Counted from the stretch's first letter, positions 39,992-50,024 are shown. The stretch: 64,000 nucleotides of DNA from Candidatus Eiseniibacteriota bacterium (GCA_963717505.1 OY970342.1:64001-128000), one strand, 5' to 3'. The notes: generated by a model from the letters alone, not told the origin. Numbers and translations are program-made.

Positions 39992-40554
39992 TCTCGAACC
40001 CGATCCTGGCGGCCACGCTTCGTCGCAACTGGCCTCTGGTCGGCGCCGTCGGTTTCTTCGCGCTGTTCATGCTGGTGCACCAGCTCGCGTTCCAGCCGGC
40101 CGCGAAGCGTTATCAGAAGGCGGTTCAGCAGGCTTCGGATCTGGGCTTGCCGCTCGACCTTTCGCGCGCCCCCGCGCTGGTTCCGCCCCGAGTCCTGGCG
40201 ATGGTGGTCGACAACGCACTATCGCCGGCGGAGGCGCAGCGGCAGGGCGCTTCGGGCCAACTGACCGCCCAACTGCTCGAGGGGGTGACCCGAACGGTGG
40301 ATGACCAAGGGCTCGATGTACTCGCGACTCAGCCGGGTGCGGTGATCCAGCAGCCGAAGTACGTCCAGGTTCGCGCCTACGTCAAGGCTCGCGGCCGATA
40401 CTCCCAGGTCGTGGCCCTCATGAACGCGCTGGCGACCGGGCGCCAGCTCATCGGCGTCGACCGGTTCGCGCTGCTCCCCGAAGACGGCGGTCGCGTTCAG
40501 CTCGACCTCTGGGTCAGCCGGCTCATCCTCAAGCAGGAGCGACGCAAGACATGA
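39982..40554 (+). CDS. pilO: PilO-like protein
   Basis: One TM, GRYSQVV.LM..L motif, synteny. Confidence 0.7.
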   Translation: MPLISNPILAATLRRNWPLVGAVGFFALFMLVHQLAFQPAAKRYQKAVQQASDLGLPLDLSRAPALVPPRVLAMVVDNALSPAEAQRQGASGQLTAQLLEGVTRTVDDQGLDVLATQPGAVIQQPKYVQVRAYVKARGRYSQVVALMNALATGRQLIGVDRFALLPEDGGRVQLDLWVSRLILKQERRKT

Positions 40555-41039
40555 AGCTCGATGCTCGTATGGTGGTGGCGCCGCTGGTCGGCGTGACGGT
40601 GCTGGTGCTGGTGGTGCAGCAGACGCTGGGCGCACTGCGCGCCTCCGGCTCGTGGACGCCGTCGAACAACACCCCGGTGATTCGCCCGGAAAGCCCCTAC
40701 GGGCGACTCGACCGCATGCTGGCCCAGCGGCCGGCGCCCGCGGCGACGTCGATGCGCGATCCGTTCGGGTACCCTGTGGTCGCCGTTGTCCCCACGCCCC
40801 GCCCGTCGAAGAACGCCGGGCCGCCCAAGCCGGTCGAGCCTTCGCGCCCGACCCTGACCAGTGTGATTTACGAAACCGGGGATGCGCGCGCCACGATTCA
40901 GTTCGAAGGCCGTGATTTCACGGTTCGGGAGAACAGCCTCTTTGCCGATTTTACGGTCGTGAGCATTCGGCCCGGCGAGGTCGTCGTGCAACGCGACGGC
41001 CAGCAGACGGTCCTCAGGCTCGCGCGGAAAGGAGAATAA
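40551..41039 (+). CDS. PilP-like protein
   Basis: RDPF motif, Pro-rich linker, small beta domain; immediately before the secretin. Confidence 0.65.
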   Translation: MKLDARMVVAPLVGVTVLVLVVQQTLGALRASGSWTPSNNTPVIRPESPYGRLDRMLAQRPAPAATSMRDPFGYPVVAVVPTPRPSKNAGPPKPVEPSRPTLTSVIYETGDARATIQFEGRDFTVRENSLFADFTVVSIRPGEVVVQRDGQQTVLRLARKGE

Positions 41040-42326
41040 GTGCAGCAACTCCACGGATGGCGCCGTTGGTTCGCGGCGGCGCTCGCGCTGGCCGCGCTTG
41101 CCTGCATGTTCATCCCGGCCCGGACGTCCCTGGCCGCGGAACGACTGGTCACGCTCGACGCGGAGGACGCCTATCTGCCGAGCGTCCTGCGCATTCTCGC
41201 CGAGAAGGGCGACCTCAACATCATCACCGGCCCGGGGGTCACCGGGACGCGCATCTCGATCCACATGAAGGACGTGCCGATCGACCAGGCGGTCAACATG
41301 GTGGTGCGCGCCGCGGGCCTCGCCTACGAACGCATCGGCAAGTCGATCCTGGTCGGCAGCCCTGAGAGCCTCAAGGAGGAAACCGGACTTTCGGCGCACG
41401 TGGTCGAGCTCAAATACGCCGACGCGAAAGACGTGCAGGCAGCGCTGCAGAACCTCGCGGGCGACATCCAGGTCGACGAGGGCGGCAACCGGTTGATCGT
41501 GGTGACCAGCCCCCGGGTGATCGCCGAGATTCGCGACATCGTCGCCCTGCTCGACCAGCCGGCAAGGCAGGTCATGCTCGAGGCCCGCATCATCGAAGTC
41601 TCGACCGACGACGCGAAGGAGCTGGGCATCGACTGGGCCCAGTTGTCGCGCCAGAGCTTCGTGTTCGTCGAGGGCAACTACGATTCGGTCAGCGGCGTCG
41701 GCGAAGACGGCGTGCTCGACGGTCTCAAGGTATTTCCCAACACACCCGGGACCAGCGACATCTTCAAGCTCAACAACTTCAGCCGCATCGCCGAGGTGTT
41801 CCGCGTCTCGCTCGACCTCCTGATCCAGGACGGCAACGCGCGGGTGCTCGCCAATCCGAAAATCGCCACGCTCAACGGTCGCGAAGCCTCGATCCTGATC
41901 GGGCAGCGCATTCCCTACACCATCAGCAGCACCGTGTTCGCGGGCGGTGCGGCGGCACCCACCGAGCGCATCGAGAAGGAAGAGGTCGGCATCAAGCTGC
42001 GGATCACGCCCCTGATCAACGCCGACGGCTACATCACCACCCTGATCATCCCGGAGGTCAGCACGGTGATCGGCTTCCGCGGCGAGAACAACGACCTGCC
42101 GGTGGTGGCGACCCGGGAGGCCCGCACCACGGTGCGGCTCAAGGACGGCGCTTCGGTGTTGATCGGCGGCCTGCTCAGTGAGGACCGGACCACCGACGTC
42201 ACCCGGGTTCCGATCCTGGGCTCGATCCCGGGAATCGGCTATCTGTTCCAGCACCACGTCAGCGGCGTGCGCAAGACTGATCTGGTGATCGAAGTCACGC
42301 CACGAATCCTGCCCGAACAGCAGTAA
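41040..42326 (+). CDS. pilQ: Secretin (PilQ/GspD family), short form without AMIN domains
   Basis: N0 domain, LKYA.A, QVMLEARIIEV, LGIDW, P.I.TLNG, GI.L.ITP.I, IGGL, VPILG.IP.IG.LF. Confidence 0.93.
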   Translation: MQQLHGWRRWFAAALALAALACMFIPARTSLAAERLVTLDAEDAYLPSVLRILAEKGDLNIITGPGVTGTRISIHMKDVPIDQAVNMVVRAAGLAYERIGKSILVGSPESLKEETGLSAHVVELKYADAKDVQAALQNLAGDIQVDEGGNRLIVVTSPRVIAEIRDIVALLDQPARQVMLEARIIEVSTDDAKELGIDWAQLSRQSFVFVEGNYDSVSGVGEDGVLDGLKVFPNTPGTSDIFKLNNFSRIAEVFRVSLDLLIQDGNARVLANPKIATLNGREASILIGQRIPYTISSTVFAGGAAAPTERIEKEEVGIKLRITPLINADGYITTLIIPEVSTVIGFRGENNDLPVVATREARTTVRLKDGASVLIGGLLSEDRTTDVTRVPILGSIPGIGYLFQHHVSGVRKTDLVIEVTPRILPEQQ

Positions 42327-42348
42327 CCGCCTCGGTCGCTGGAGGCGG

Positions 42349-42672
42349 CTAGAGCTTCAAGACCGTCGCGACGTGCACCACACCCGCGATCCAGCCGAGC
42401 CACTGGCCCACGGCGATCGTCAGGGCGAACAGAACCAGGACCAGGCCGGCGCGCGCGAGCGTCGGCGAACTGTCACGGTAGCGGTACAGTCGCACGATCA
42501 GCAGGGGAACCAGGACGCCCTTGACCAGCACGAAGACCCACCAATGATGGTGCGCGATGCCGGCGAGGAGCGGATTGCCTTCGCGGTTCCCGAACCAGTG
42601 AATGCCGAGCGCGGTCGCCACCAAGTCCATGCTGTTGGCAACGACAGCGAGGAAGAGAAAAAGACGCATCAT
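42349..42672 (-). CDS. DUF5658-like small membrane protein
   Basis: D...T..G...EGNPLL...F..VK motif. Confidence 0.7.
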   Translation of the reverse strand: MMRLFLFLAVVANSMDLVATALGIHWFGNREGNPLLAGIAHHHWWVFVLVKGVLVPLLIVRLYRYRDSSPTLARAGLVLVLFALTIAVGQWLGWIAGVVHVATVLKL

Positions 42673-42776
42673 GGGGGACTCCGAAACTCCTCGCGAACTT
42701 CCGGTGCTTTGTTCTTCGGGTGTGGCTCCGATTCTGCCAGAGGAGCTCGGGGCTTTTCAATGATCGGAGATTTCTG

Positions 42777-43550
42777 GTGAGTCCGGCTCCCTGGATGTAC
42801 GCGCTGGCCGGCCTGCTGGGACTGGTGATGGGCAGCGCGGTCACCGCGATCGCCTACCGGGTCCCACGTGGAATCTCGTGGCTTCGGGGCCGATCGGCCT
42901 GTCCGGGATGCCAGACCCAGCTGGGGCTCGCCGACCTGATCCCGCTGTTTTCATGGCTTGCCAGCCGGGGCCGATGCCGCCACTGCGGCGTGCGGGTCGC
43001 GCTCCGCTATCCGCTGACCGAGGTCATCTGCGCCGTTTGGGCCGTTCTCCTCCTGCGTCTGACCGGCGTCACCCCGATCTACCCATTGCTCGCCATCTGG
43101 GGGTTCATGCTGGTGGCCCTCATGTGGATCGACCTCGACTTCCAGCTCCTCCCCGACGTCCTGACCTTTCCCGGCACCCTCCTGGCTCTGGCGGCCGTGC
43201 TCCAAGTCCCGGGAGGCGCCCGCCACGCGATCTTCGGGATCGCCGTGGGCAGCGGTATCCTTTGGCTCCTTGGCTGGGCCTACTTTCGGGTCCGAAAGGT
43301 CGAAGGTATGGGGTTTGGCGACGTCAAATTGGCAGCCATGTTCGGCGCGATCCTGGGCTGGCAGCTGACCCTTCTCACCCTCCTGATCGCCGCCCTGGCG
43401 GGCTCGCTTTGGGGTGGGTGGCTGATCCACCGTGGGCGCGGCGACGGCCAGACCGCACTCCCGTTCGGCACCCTGCTCGCGCCCGCCGCCATGGTCGTCT
43501 TCCTGTGGGGTGAGGGCTGGCTCAACGCCTACGCTGCGCTATGGCAATAG
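42777..43550 (+). CDS. pilD: Prepilin peptidase/N-methyltransferase
   Basis: RSACPGC...IPLFSWL..GRCRHC...RYP; ID...LLPD; GMGFGDVKL; LPFG. Start GTG 42777 or ATG 42795. Confidence 0.95.
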   Translation: MSPAPWMYALAGLLGLVMGSAVTAIAYRVPRGISWLRGRSACPGCQTQLGLADLIPLFSWLASRGRCRHCGVRVALRYPLTEVICAVWAVLLLRLTGVTPIYPLLAIWGFMLVALMWIDLDFQLLPDVLTFPGTLLALAAVLQVPGGARHAIFGIAVGSGILWLLGWAYFRVRKVEGMGFGDVKLAAMFGAILGWQLTLLTLLIAALAGSLWGGWLIHRGRGDGQTALPFGTLLAPAAMVVFLWGEGWLNAYAALWQ

Positions 43551-43915
43551 AGCACGTTCCGGCGGAGGAATATGGGCGGAGGATTCGGGCCCTGATGCGA
43601 CGCGGAGGGCTGGATTCCGGCCTGCCGCGCCGCCAGCGAGACCGGTGGATCCTGCTCCACGCGGTCGCGAGCCGATTTGGTCCCGAGGAACGGCTCGACG
43701 AAATCGACGCCACGGGCCGAATCGGGGATTTCCTGGCCCTGGAAGGGGTCGGCTGGAAGATCGACCGTGCGGCGCTCAGGCGAGCGCTGGTCGACGAGGG
43801 GTTCCTGGAACGAGACCCGGCGGGAACCAACTACCGGCGGTCGGTCCGCCATCGGGTCCGTGTGACTTTCGAGGACGTGCCCGAGGTCGCCGAAATTCTC
43901 GGAAGCGGAGGCTGA
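43541..43915 (+). CDS. DUF2087-like (winged-helix) protein
   Basis: LP.R...R..LL, D.A.LRR.LVD.G.LERD..G..Y.R. Confidence 0.7.
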   Translation: MAIEHVPAEEYGRRIRALMRRGGLDSGLPRRQRDRWILLHAVASRFGPEERLDEIDATGRIGDFLALEGVGWKIDRAALRRALVDEGFLERDPAGTNYRRSVRHRVRVTFEDVPEVAEILGSGG

Positions 43916-43979
43916 GGCGGGGCGAGCACGATCGTGCACGTTCGATCCGGGTGCGCTGGTGTCGAGATGACCGCAAACA

Positions 43980-44024
43980 GAGCTTCCCTCCGAGGGCTTG
44001 CGCTCCCGGAGGGAAGTTCTTTTT
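43980..44024 (+). terminator. Intrinsic terminator
   Basis: Stem GCTTCCCTCCG/CGGAGGGAAGT followed by TCTTTTT. Confidence 0.75.
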
Positions 44025-44044
44025 CTGCGGAATACACGTGAACC

Positions 44045-44785
44045 CTAGTTGGAAGCCGCCTCTTCGACCTTGACCGGACGCAGGAGAATCTCGATGCGCC
44101 GGTTCTGTTCGCGACCCTCCGGGGTGGCGTTGTCCGCGCGCGGGCGCGCGTCACTCGCCGACACCACCAGCATCCGATTGGTCGCGATGCCGTTGTCCTG
44201 GAACAGACGCACGATGGTCGCCGAGCGCGCACCACCCAGTTCCCAGTTGGTGGGGTAACGCTGCGCCAGGGTGGGTCCGATCTTCTGGTTGTCGGCGTGC
44301 CCGATGACCAGGACCTCGTAGGTCGAGGTCTTCATCTCATCGGCAACCTTGGTCAGCAACTCCTTGCCGGCCTTGTCGAGATTCGCCGATCCCGACTTGA
44401 ACAGGATGTCCTGCGCCAGATTCACCCGGATGCCGTCGCGCACCTGCTGGATCTGGACGTGGCCGCTGCTGACCTCGGCCTGCAATTGGCCGACCAGTCC
44501 GTCGTAAGTGGACTGCATCTTCTGCTTTTCCTGTTTCTCGCGTTCGAGATCGGCGTTCAGCTGGTCGACCGAGGACTGCATCGACGCGACCTTCTGCTCG
44601 AGTTCCTGCCCCTTGGCGTTCGAAGCGTCCAGGTTCTTCTGCAGTTCGGCGTTCTTGGCCGCCAGCGACTCGGCGCTCTGCGTCGCTTCGAGGTACTTGG
44701 CTTTCGAAACACCACAGCCGGCCACGAGCGTCGTGGCCGCCAGCAAGATCACGACCGCGCGGGTCGTTCTCCAGCTCACGCTCAT
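44045..44785 (-). CDS. OmpA/MotB-family peptidoglycan-binding lipoprotein with coiled coil
   Basis: Lipobox VAGC; ILFKSGSA; GHAD; YPTNWEL...R; NRRIEI. Confidence 0.88.
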   Translation of the reverse strand: MSVSWRTTRAVVILLAATTLVAGCGVSKAKYLEATQSAESLAAKNAELQKNLDASNAKGQELEQKVASMQSSVDQLNADLEREKQEKQKMQSTYDGLVGQLQAEVSSGHVQIQQVRDGIRVNLAQDILFKSGSANLDKAGKELLTKVADEMKTSTYEVLVIGHADNQKIGPTLAQRYPTNWELGGARSATIVRLFQDNGIATNRMLVVSASDARPRADNATPEGREQNRRIEILLRPVKVEEAASN

Positions 44786-44867
44786 CGCGTCCTCCTCGAT
44801 TGGGGGTGAAGGATCCGTATCCGACCGGGATGATCGGGGTTCCCGCGATTCTGTCAACCGCAAAAGC

Positions 44868-45524
44868 TCAACTGCCGAGCTTGATCACCAGGCCGAGAGT
44901 GGCATCGCCCTGAGCGATCGCCGTGCCGCTCACGCTCACGCCGCCCCCGCCGGTGCCGAACCACACGCTGCCGCCCCACAGCTGAGTGGGCAGCAGCAGG
45001 CGCGCCTGGGCCCGCAGGGCCACCTTCTCGTTGACCTCGAAGCGAATCCCGCCGCCGACCGCGAGCGAGAACACCGTCGTGCTGTTCACGTTGACCCCGC
45101 TGGCTGCGCCGGTCGGACTGAAGATGGTCATGCCGATTCCGCCGGTCGCGAACGGAGCTGCCTTGCCGCCGGTCGGAAGGTACTTGGTGCCGCCCGCCTG
45201 AATGTAGTGCGTATCCAGGTCCATCAGCCGGAAGTGGGGCAGCCCGCGCGGACGAGCGGTGACTTCCGAGCTCTGAAACCAGTAACTCACGTCCACGAAC
45301 TCGTTCGGCCGCGTCTCGACGCTGAGCATGCCGCCGTAGCTGGGCGCGGCCTCGATGTGGACACTGCCATCCGTGTAGTCGAGCGTGCCGCCCCACATGT
45401 ATCCGGCGAACGGGATCAGTTCGACGCTCCGCTGGGCGTGGGCGACTGGAACGACGAACAGCGCCATCGACATCGCGAACCCGAATCCGGCCGCGACGGC
45501 CATTCTCAATTTTGGTGAATTCAT
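44868..45524 (-). CDS. Outer-membrane beta-barrel protein (small, OmpA-like membrane domain)
   Basis: Signal peptide; ELIPFAGY; alternating beta strands; GGGIRF. Confidence 0.75.
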   Translation of the reverse strand: MNSPKLRMAVAAGFGFAMSMALFVVPVAHAQRSVELIPFAGYMWGGTLDYTDGSVHIEAAPSYGGMLSVETRPNEFVDVSYWFQSSEVTARPRGLPHFRLMDLDTHYIQAGGTKYLPTGGKAAPFATGGIGMTIFSPTGAASGVNVNSTTVFSLAVGGGIRFEVNEKVALRAQARLLLPTQLWGGSVWFGTGGGGVSVSGTAIAQGDATLGLVIKLGS

Positions 45525-45624
45525 GCCAGGGTCCTTTCAGGCGAACGTCGAGTTCTGCTCGACAGCGTCGAGACAGGATACGAGTGCGTGCGATGAACTG
45601 CCAACTCGGCCCAGGTGCGTGCCT

Positions 45625-46467
45625 TCATGTCCGGCGCAGCGGACGCAGCCCCGCGAACAGATCGGTCTCGGACTCGCGTCCGCCGTTCACGGTGCTGAAC
45701 GAGCGATAGAAGCGCTGGACACCCCACAGTTCGGCGCGTTGCTGGGGCGACAGGGCGAGCATGCGTTGATAGCCCGAGACCTGGGACTCGTGGCACATCA
45801 CCGCCTGCCATACCGTGTCTTGGTGAACTCGGGTGTCGAGCGTGGTGGTGATCAGCCAGTCGGGCCACGCCACCGCGGTCCGCTCGACGCCGTCGACGAC
45901 GCTGCGCAGCCGGACCACAGCGGACTGATAGGCGTCGAGGCTTGCCTGGCTCCCGACCATGAAGTAGAGCTTGGCGACCGCGTGCGGGGCGGAACCGCCG
46001 GCGCCGGCGGCATGCGCCGGATCGGCGGCGGCCACGACCGCCGCCGAGGTCAGCTGGGAGATCGCGACGTGATCCGGATGGCCGTAGGCGCCGTCGGGCG
46101 GAAACGTGATCACCACGTGCGGTCGCAGCCGGCGGATGTGGTGCGCGACCCGCCCGATCGCCTCGATCGGATCGACGCGGTCGAGCGAACCGTCCATGTA
46201 GCCGAGCAGCGTGAGGTCGCGCACGCCAAGAATGGCCGCGGCCGCGCGCAGCTCGGCCTCTCGAATGCGCCCGAGTCCCTCGGGTCCCGGATGGTTCGGT
46301 CCGTCCCGTTCGCCGCGGTAGCGCCCCTTCTGCCCGAGCGTGGCGGTGATCAACGCGAGATCGATCCCTTGGGCGGCGTAGTGCGCCAGCGTGCCGCCGA
46401 CACCGAGCGACTCGTCGTCGGGGTGCGCGAGCACGGCGAGCAGACGCAACGAGTGGTTGTTGCTCAC
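45625..46467 (-). CDS. PIG-L family deacetylase (MshB/BshB-like)
   Basis: AHPDDES, R..EL..AA..LGV, G.YGHPDH, H.SQ. Confidence 0.9.
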   Translation of the reverse strand: MSNNHSLRLLAVLAHPDDESLGVGGTLAHYAAQGIDLALITATLGQKGRYRGERDGPNHPGPEGLGRIREAELRAAAAILGVRDLTLLGYMDGSLDRVDPIEAIGRVAHHIRRLRPHVVITFPPDGAYGHPDHVAISQLTSAAVVAAADPAHAAGAGGSAPHAVAKLYFMVGSQASLDAYQSAVVRLRSVVDGVERTAVAWPDWLITTTLDTRVHQDTVWQAVMCHESQVSGYQRMLALSPQQRAELWGVQRFYRSFSTVNGGRESETDLFAGLRPLRRT

Positions 46468-46507
46468 GAGCGTCTTCCCTCCCGCGTGCGCGGGACAGCG
46501 ACCCGGC

Positions 46508-47611
46508 TCACGAGAACACCCGCTCGTGCATGCGCAGGTCGGGAATCCCACGGGCCGCGTTCACGATGCGCTCGAGGTCGGCCGCGCGCAGCTCCTGGTG
46601 CACCGGCAACAGGATGACACCGGCGCGCCGTCGCGCGGCTCCGGGGAACCGGTCCGCCGGCAGCGCCGGATGCGGCGCCGACCACGCGTCGATCGCATCA
46701 ATGCCATGTGCGGCCAGTTGGGCGATCGCGCGCCCTTTGTCCGCCACGAACAGCGGGAACGCATGGGGACTCGCTCCTTCCGGGTCGCGTCCGAACGGAT
46801 CGGGGGCGCGGCTCGGGAGTGCAGCCTGCAGTCGCCGGTAGTTCTGCCGGCGTCGGTCGGCGACCTCGGTCAGCGCCAGGCGCTGAATGAGCCTTTCGGA
46901 CATCGCGAACGCGGGGCTGTCCGGGTCGCCGAGGGCAATGCGAGACGAGATCGAACGCGGCGACCCGTTCCGCATCGTCCACGACCACCCCACCGGGCCC
47001 AGCCGTCCCGTGAGCCACTCACCATGCCTGGCGAGCATGGCAGACGTGCCCATGGCCCCCGCGCGATCGGCGACCAGGCGCACGCCCCGCAATACGGCGG
47101 CGCCACCATCCGGGATTCCGATCGACTCGTGGAAGCTGAACATCGCCAGGTCACCGAATGTGCCCAGCGGTTGACCACCCGCGGTCCCGAGCCAGCCCTG
47201 GGTCACGTCTTCGACCAGCAGAAGGTCGCGATCGTCGCACCAAGCCCGCCAAGCCGGCGCGTCCTGCGCGAATCCGAGGTAGTGGATCAAGTGCAGCGCG
47301 CGCACGCTGGAGTCCAGGAGCGACTCGAGCTCGGCCGGGTCGGGCGCGAGGCTCGGGCGCGCCTCGTACCATTTGAGTGACAGTCCGGCACGAACGTAGG
47401 CCTCGATCTCCGCACCGTCGTGATACGCCGGCACCAGCACACAATGCCCCGCACCGAGGGCCAGCTGGCCAAGACCGTGAGACAGCCCCTGCCGCGCGCC
47501 GGCGAACAGACGCAACGGTCCCCTCTCGAGTGGAAACGGCAGCGCGTCGAGCGGGCGCCGCAGGTGAACCCACGGCGGCAAGGGTGGCGTGACCGTGAGG
47601 AGTCGGTTCAT
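46508..47611 (-). CDS. DegT/DnrJ/EryC1/StrS aminotransferase-like protein, expected PLP lysine apparently replaced by Glu
   Basis: LVPAYH, IHYLG, LVEDVTQ, G.PLGTFGD.AMFSFHES...DGG, RRQNY, LPVHQ.L. Confidence 0.75.
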   Translation of the reverse strand: MNRLLTVTPPLPPWVHLRRPLDALPFPLERGPLRLFAGARQGLSHGLGQLALGAGHCVLVPAYHDGAEIEAYVRAGLSLKWYEARPSLAPDPAELESLLDSSVRALHLIHYLGFAQDAPAWRAWCDDRDLLLVEDVTQGWLGTAGGQPLGTFGDLAMFSFHESIGIPDGGAAVLRGVRLVADRAGAMGTSAMLARHGEWLTGRLGPVGWSWTMRNGSPRSISSRIALGDPDSPAFAMSERLIQRLALTEVADRRRQNYRRLQAALPSRAPDPFGRDPEGASPHAFPLFVADKGRAIAQLAAHGIDAIDAWSAPHPALPADRFPGAARRRAGVILLPVHQELRAADLERIVNAARGIPDLRMHERVFS

Positions 47612-47706
47612 GAGACGTCCGTTCTTCGGCTCCTTGCGCCGGCCCACACAATCCGTTGAGAATGAGCTGCAACGGTCACGCACTCTACTATAAGGAATCG
47701 GATCTC

Positions 47707-48090
47707 GTGTTGAACGTCCAGACCTCGCCCGGCGAGTTCCTCGACAAGCTCACGATCCTCGAGATCAAGTCGGCGCGCATGGCCGACTCGGGGAAGCTGG
47801 CCAACGTGCGCCGCGAGCTCGAGCTGTTGCGCTCGACCTGGGCAGCATCGCCGCTCGCGGGGCGCGACGTCGCGGCACTGGTCGCTCAGCTCCGCCAGGT
47901 CAACGAGTCGCTGTGGGAGATCGAAGACCGGATTCGCGCCAAGGAGGCCACTCAGGCGTTCGACGCCGAGTTCATCGAGCTGGCGCGCTCGGTCTATCGC
48001 ACCAACGACCGCCGGGCCGCGATCAAGCGCGAGCTGAACCTGGCGCTGGGGTCCGAGCTGATCGAGGAGAAGAGCTACAAGCCCTATTGA
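47707..48090 (+). CDS. DUF6165 family protein
   Basis: S.GE.LDKLTILEIK...N..LW.IED..R...F..LARSVY..ND.RA.IK...EEKSY. Confidence 0.85.
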   Translation: MLNVQTSPGEFLDKLTILEIKSARMADSGKLANVRRELELLRSTWAASPLAGRDVAALVAQLRQVNESLWEIEDRIRAKEATQAFDAEFIELARSVYRTNDRRAAIKRELNLALGSELIEEKSYKPY

Positions 48091-48159
48091 AGCGGTGCAG
48101 GCTCAGGATGCATCCTGCGCCGGCAAGATCCGGGTGAAGCGACCAGGGAGGCGGTCGAA

Positions 48160-49854
48160 ATGGATATGCGGTCGATTCTGAGGTTCTCGCTCTTCGCCGC
48201 GATGGCCGTCGGAATCCTCGCGTGCCCAGCACCGGTGGCCGCGCAAGAGTCAGCGCCCCTTCCCTCCCTCGCAACACCGACGACTGCTGATCGCGACGAC
48301 GAATCGGTTCCGGTCGTCGTGTGGAATCAGGAGATTACCCGCCTGCGCTCGTCGCTTCAGGGTCTCTCCGCCGCCGAGCGCGCGGAGCGCGCCGCGCGCC
48401 GCATCCTGGCCATTCCTGCGGGACTTCCCGAGTACCAGATCGAGGCGCGGCCTGCGGCACTCGGCGACACCTCGAGTGTCGTGATCTTCGTCAACGGCAT
48501 GCTGACCGTATGGCTGCTCGAGCAGGATGCCGACCTCGCAGCCGGGGAGTCGCTCAACGTCGCGTCCGCGCGGGCGGTGGCTAATCTCAGGGCCTGGCTC
48601 GCGAGCCGGAACGAGCAACTGCACTGGCCGGCCTTCTTGCGCGGCCTGGCCTGGGCGATCGGCGCAACGTTGGTCGCCATTCTGGCCATGGTCCTGCTGC
48701 TGCGCGTCGCCCGGCTCCTGTTGGGTCGGATCGCCGGCTCACCGCACGGCGCGAAACGCCCGCTGCGGATCGGCCAGGTCGACGTGCGCCCGTACCTGCA
48801 CGCGATCGAAGCCATCCTGGTGCGAACGCTCACCTGGGCGGGCGGGGCGACCGTGATCTACCTCTGGCTCACGTTCGTGCTCCATCAGTTCCCCTACACC
48901 CGCCCCTGGGGCCATCAGTTGGGCGGTTTCATCACCACGGTGCTGCGAAACCTCGGGCTGAGCTTCATCCAATCGCTTCCCAATCTGTTCGTGGTGTTCG
49001 TGATCTACTTCGTAACGCGAATGCTGAGCCGCTTCATCACCGCGTTCTTCGCCAGCGCGGAATCCCAGTGGATCCAGGTCGAGATCGCGCGCGCCACCCG
49101 GCGGCTGGCGGTCGCGCTCTTGTGGGTGTTCGCGCTGATCGTGGCCTACCCCTATCTGCCCGGTTCGGGAACCGCGGCGTTCCAGGGAGTCAGCGTGTTC
49201 ATCGGACTGATGGTGTCGCTGGGTTCGAGCGGTATCGTCAGTCAGCTGCTGGGTGGCCTGGTAGTGGTCTACACCCGCGCCTTCAGCGTCGGCGAGTACG
49301 TGCGGATCGGCGAGCACGAGGGCACGGTGACCGAGATCGGGGCGCTGGCCGCCAAGGTGCAGACCCGCCGCAAGGAGGAGATCACCATTCCCTATTCGGT
49401 CCTGGTGAGCTCGGCGACGGTCAACTACTCGCGCCAAGCGAAGTCGGTGGGCGGCGCCCGGGTCATGACCCAGGTCGCGATCGGCTACGACGCGCCCTGG
49501 CGTCAGGTCGAAGCCATGCTGCTCGGTGCGGCAAAGAAGACCCGGATGGTGTTGGGCGAGCCGGCGCCGCTGGTTCTCAAGACCAACTTGTCGGATTTCG
49601 CCATCGAGTATCAGCTGATCGTGAGCATCGCGCGCGCCGAGGAGCGCTACCTCATGCTCTCCGAGCTGCACTCGAACATCCTCGACGCGTTCAACGAGCA
49701 CGGCGTCCAGATCATGACCCCGCACTTCGAGGGGCAGCCCGAGGGCGCGGTGGTAGTGCCGCGCACTCGCTGGTTCCAAGCTCCGGCGCCGCAGGACGAC
49801 GCCGCGGCGCGCACCCGCTCCACCGAATCCGAGGGGCGCTCGACCCCAGGCTGA
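48160..49854 (+). CDS. Large MscS-family mechanosensitive channel
   Basis: Signal peptide and periplasmic domain; YPYLPGS, SLGSS, F.VGE.V.IG, GYDAPW.QV, I.D.FNE.G.QIMTPH. Confidence 0.9.
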   Translation: MDMRSILRFSLFAAMAVGILACPAPVAAQESAPLPSLATPTTADRDDESVPVVVWNQEITRLRSSLQGLSAAERAERAARRILAIPAGLPEYQIEARPAALGDTSSVVIFVNGMLTVWLLEQDADLAAGESLNVASARAVANLRAWLASRNEQLHWPAFLRGLAWAIGATLVAILAMVLLLRVARLLLGRIAGSPHGAKRPLRIGQVDVRPYLHAIEAILVRTLTWAGGATVIYLWLTFVLHQFPYTRPWGHQLGGFITTVLRNLGLSFIQSLPNLFVVFVIYFVTRMLSRFITAFFASAESQWIQVEIARATRRLAVALLWVFALIVAYPYLPGSGTAAFQGVSVFIGLMVSLGSSGIVSQLLGGLVVVYTRAFSVGEYVRIGEHEGTVTEIGALAAKVQTRRKEEITIPYSVLVSSATVNYSRQAKSVGGARVMTQVAIGYDAPWRQVEAMLLGAAKKTRMVLGEPAPLVLKTNLSDFAIEYQLIVSIARAEERYLMLSELHSNILDAFNEHGVQIMTPHFEGQPEGAVVVPRTRWFQAPAPQDDAAARTRSTESEGRSTPG

Positions 49855-49861
49855 CCCGGGC

Positions 49862-49877
49862 TGGCATTCGGCGTGCA
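49862..49877 (+). promoter_or_regulatory. Possible sigma54 promoter TGGCATT-N4-GTGC
   Basis: GG-N10-GC spacing upstream of the rhomboid gene. Confidence 0.3.
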
Positions 49878-50024
49878 TTCTCGGCCGCGGCCCAGCCCAT
49901 GCAGCTCCATCCTCGACATCGACGCGCCTCCGCGCCCCCGGCGCCCGAGGCAAACGGCGACCGCCCCCCGGTTCGCACGCCTGGGCATTGCAAGACTCCC
50001 GGCCCGGACACGCAGCCGACCTGG

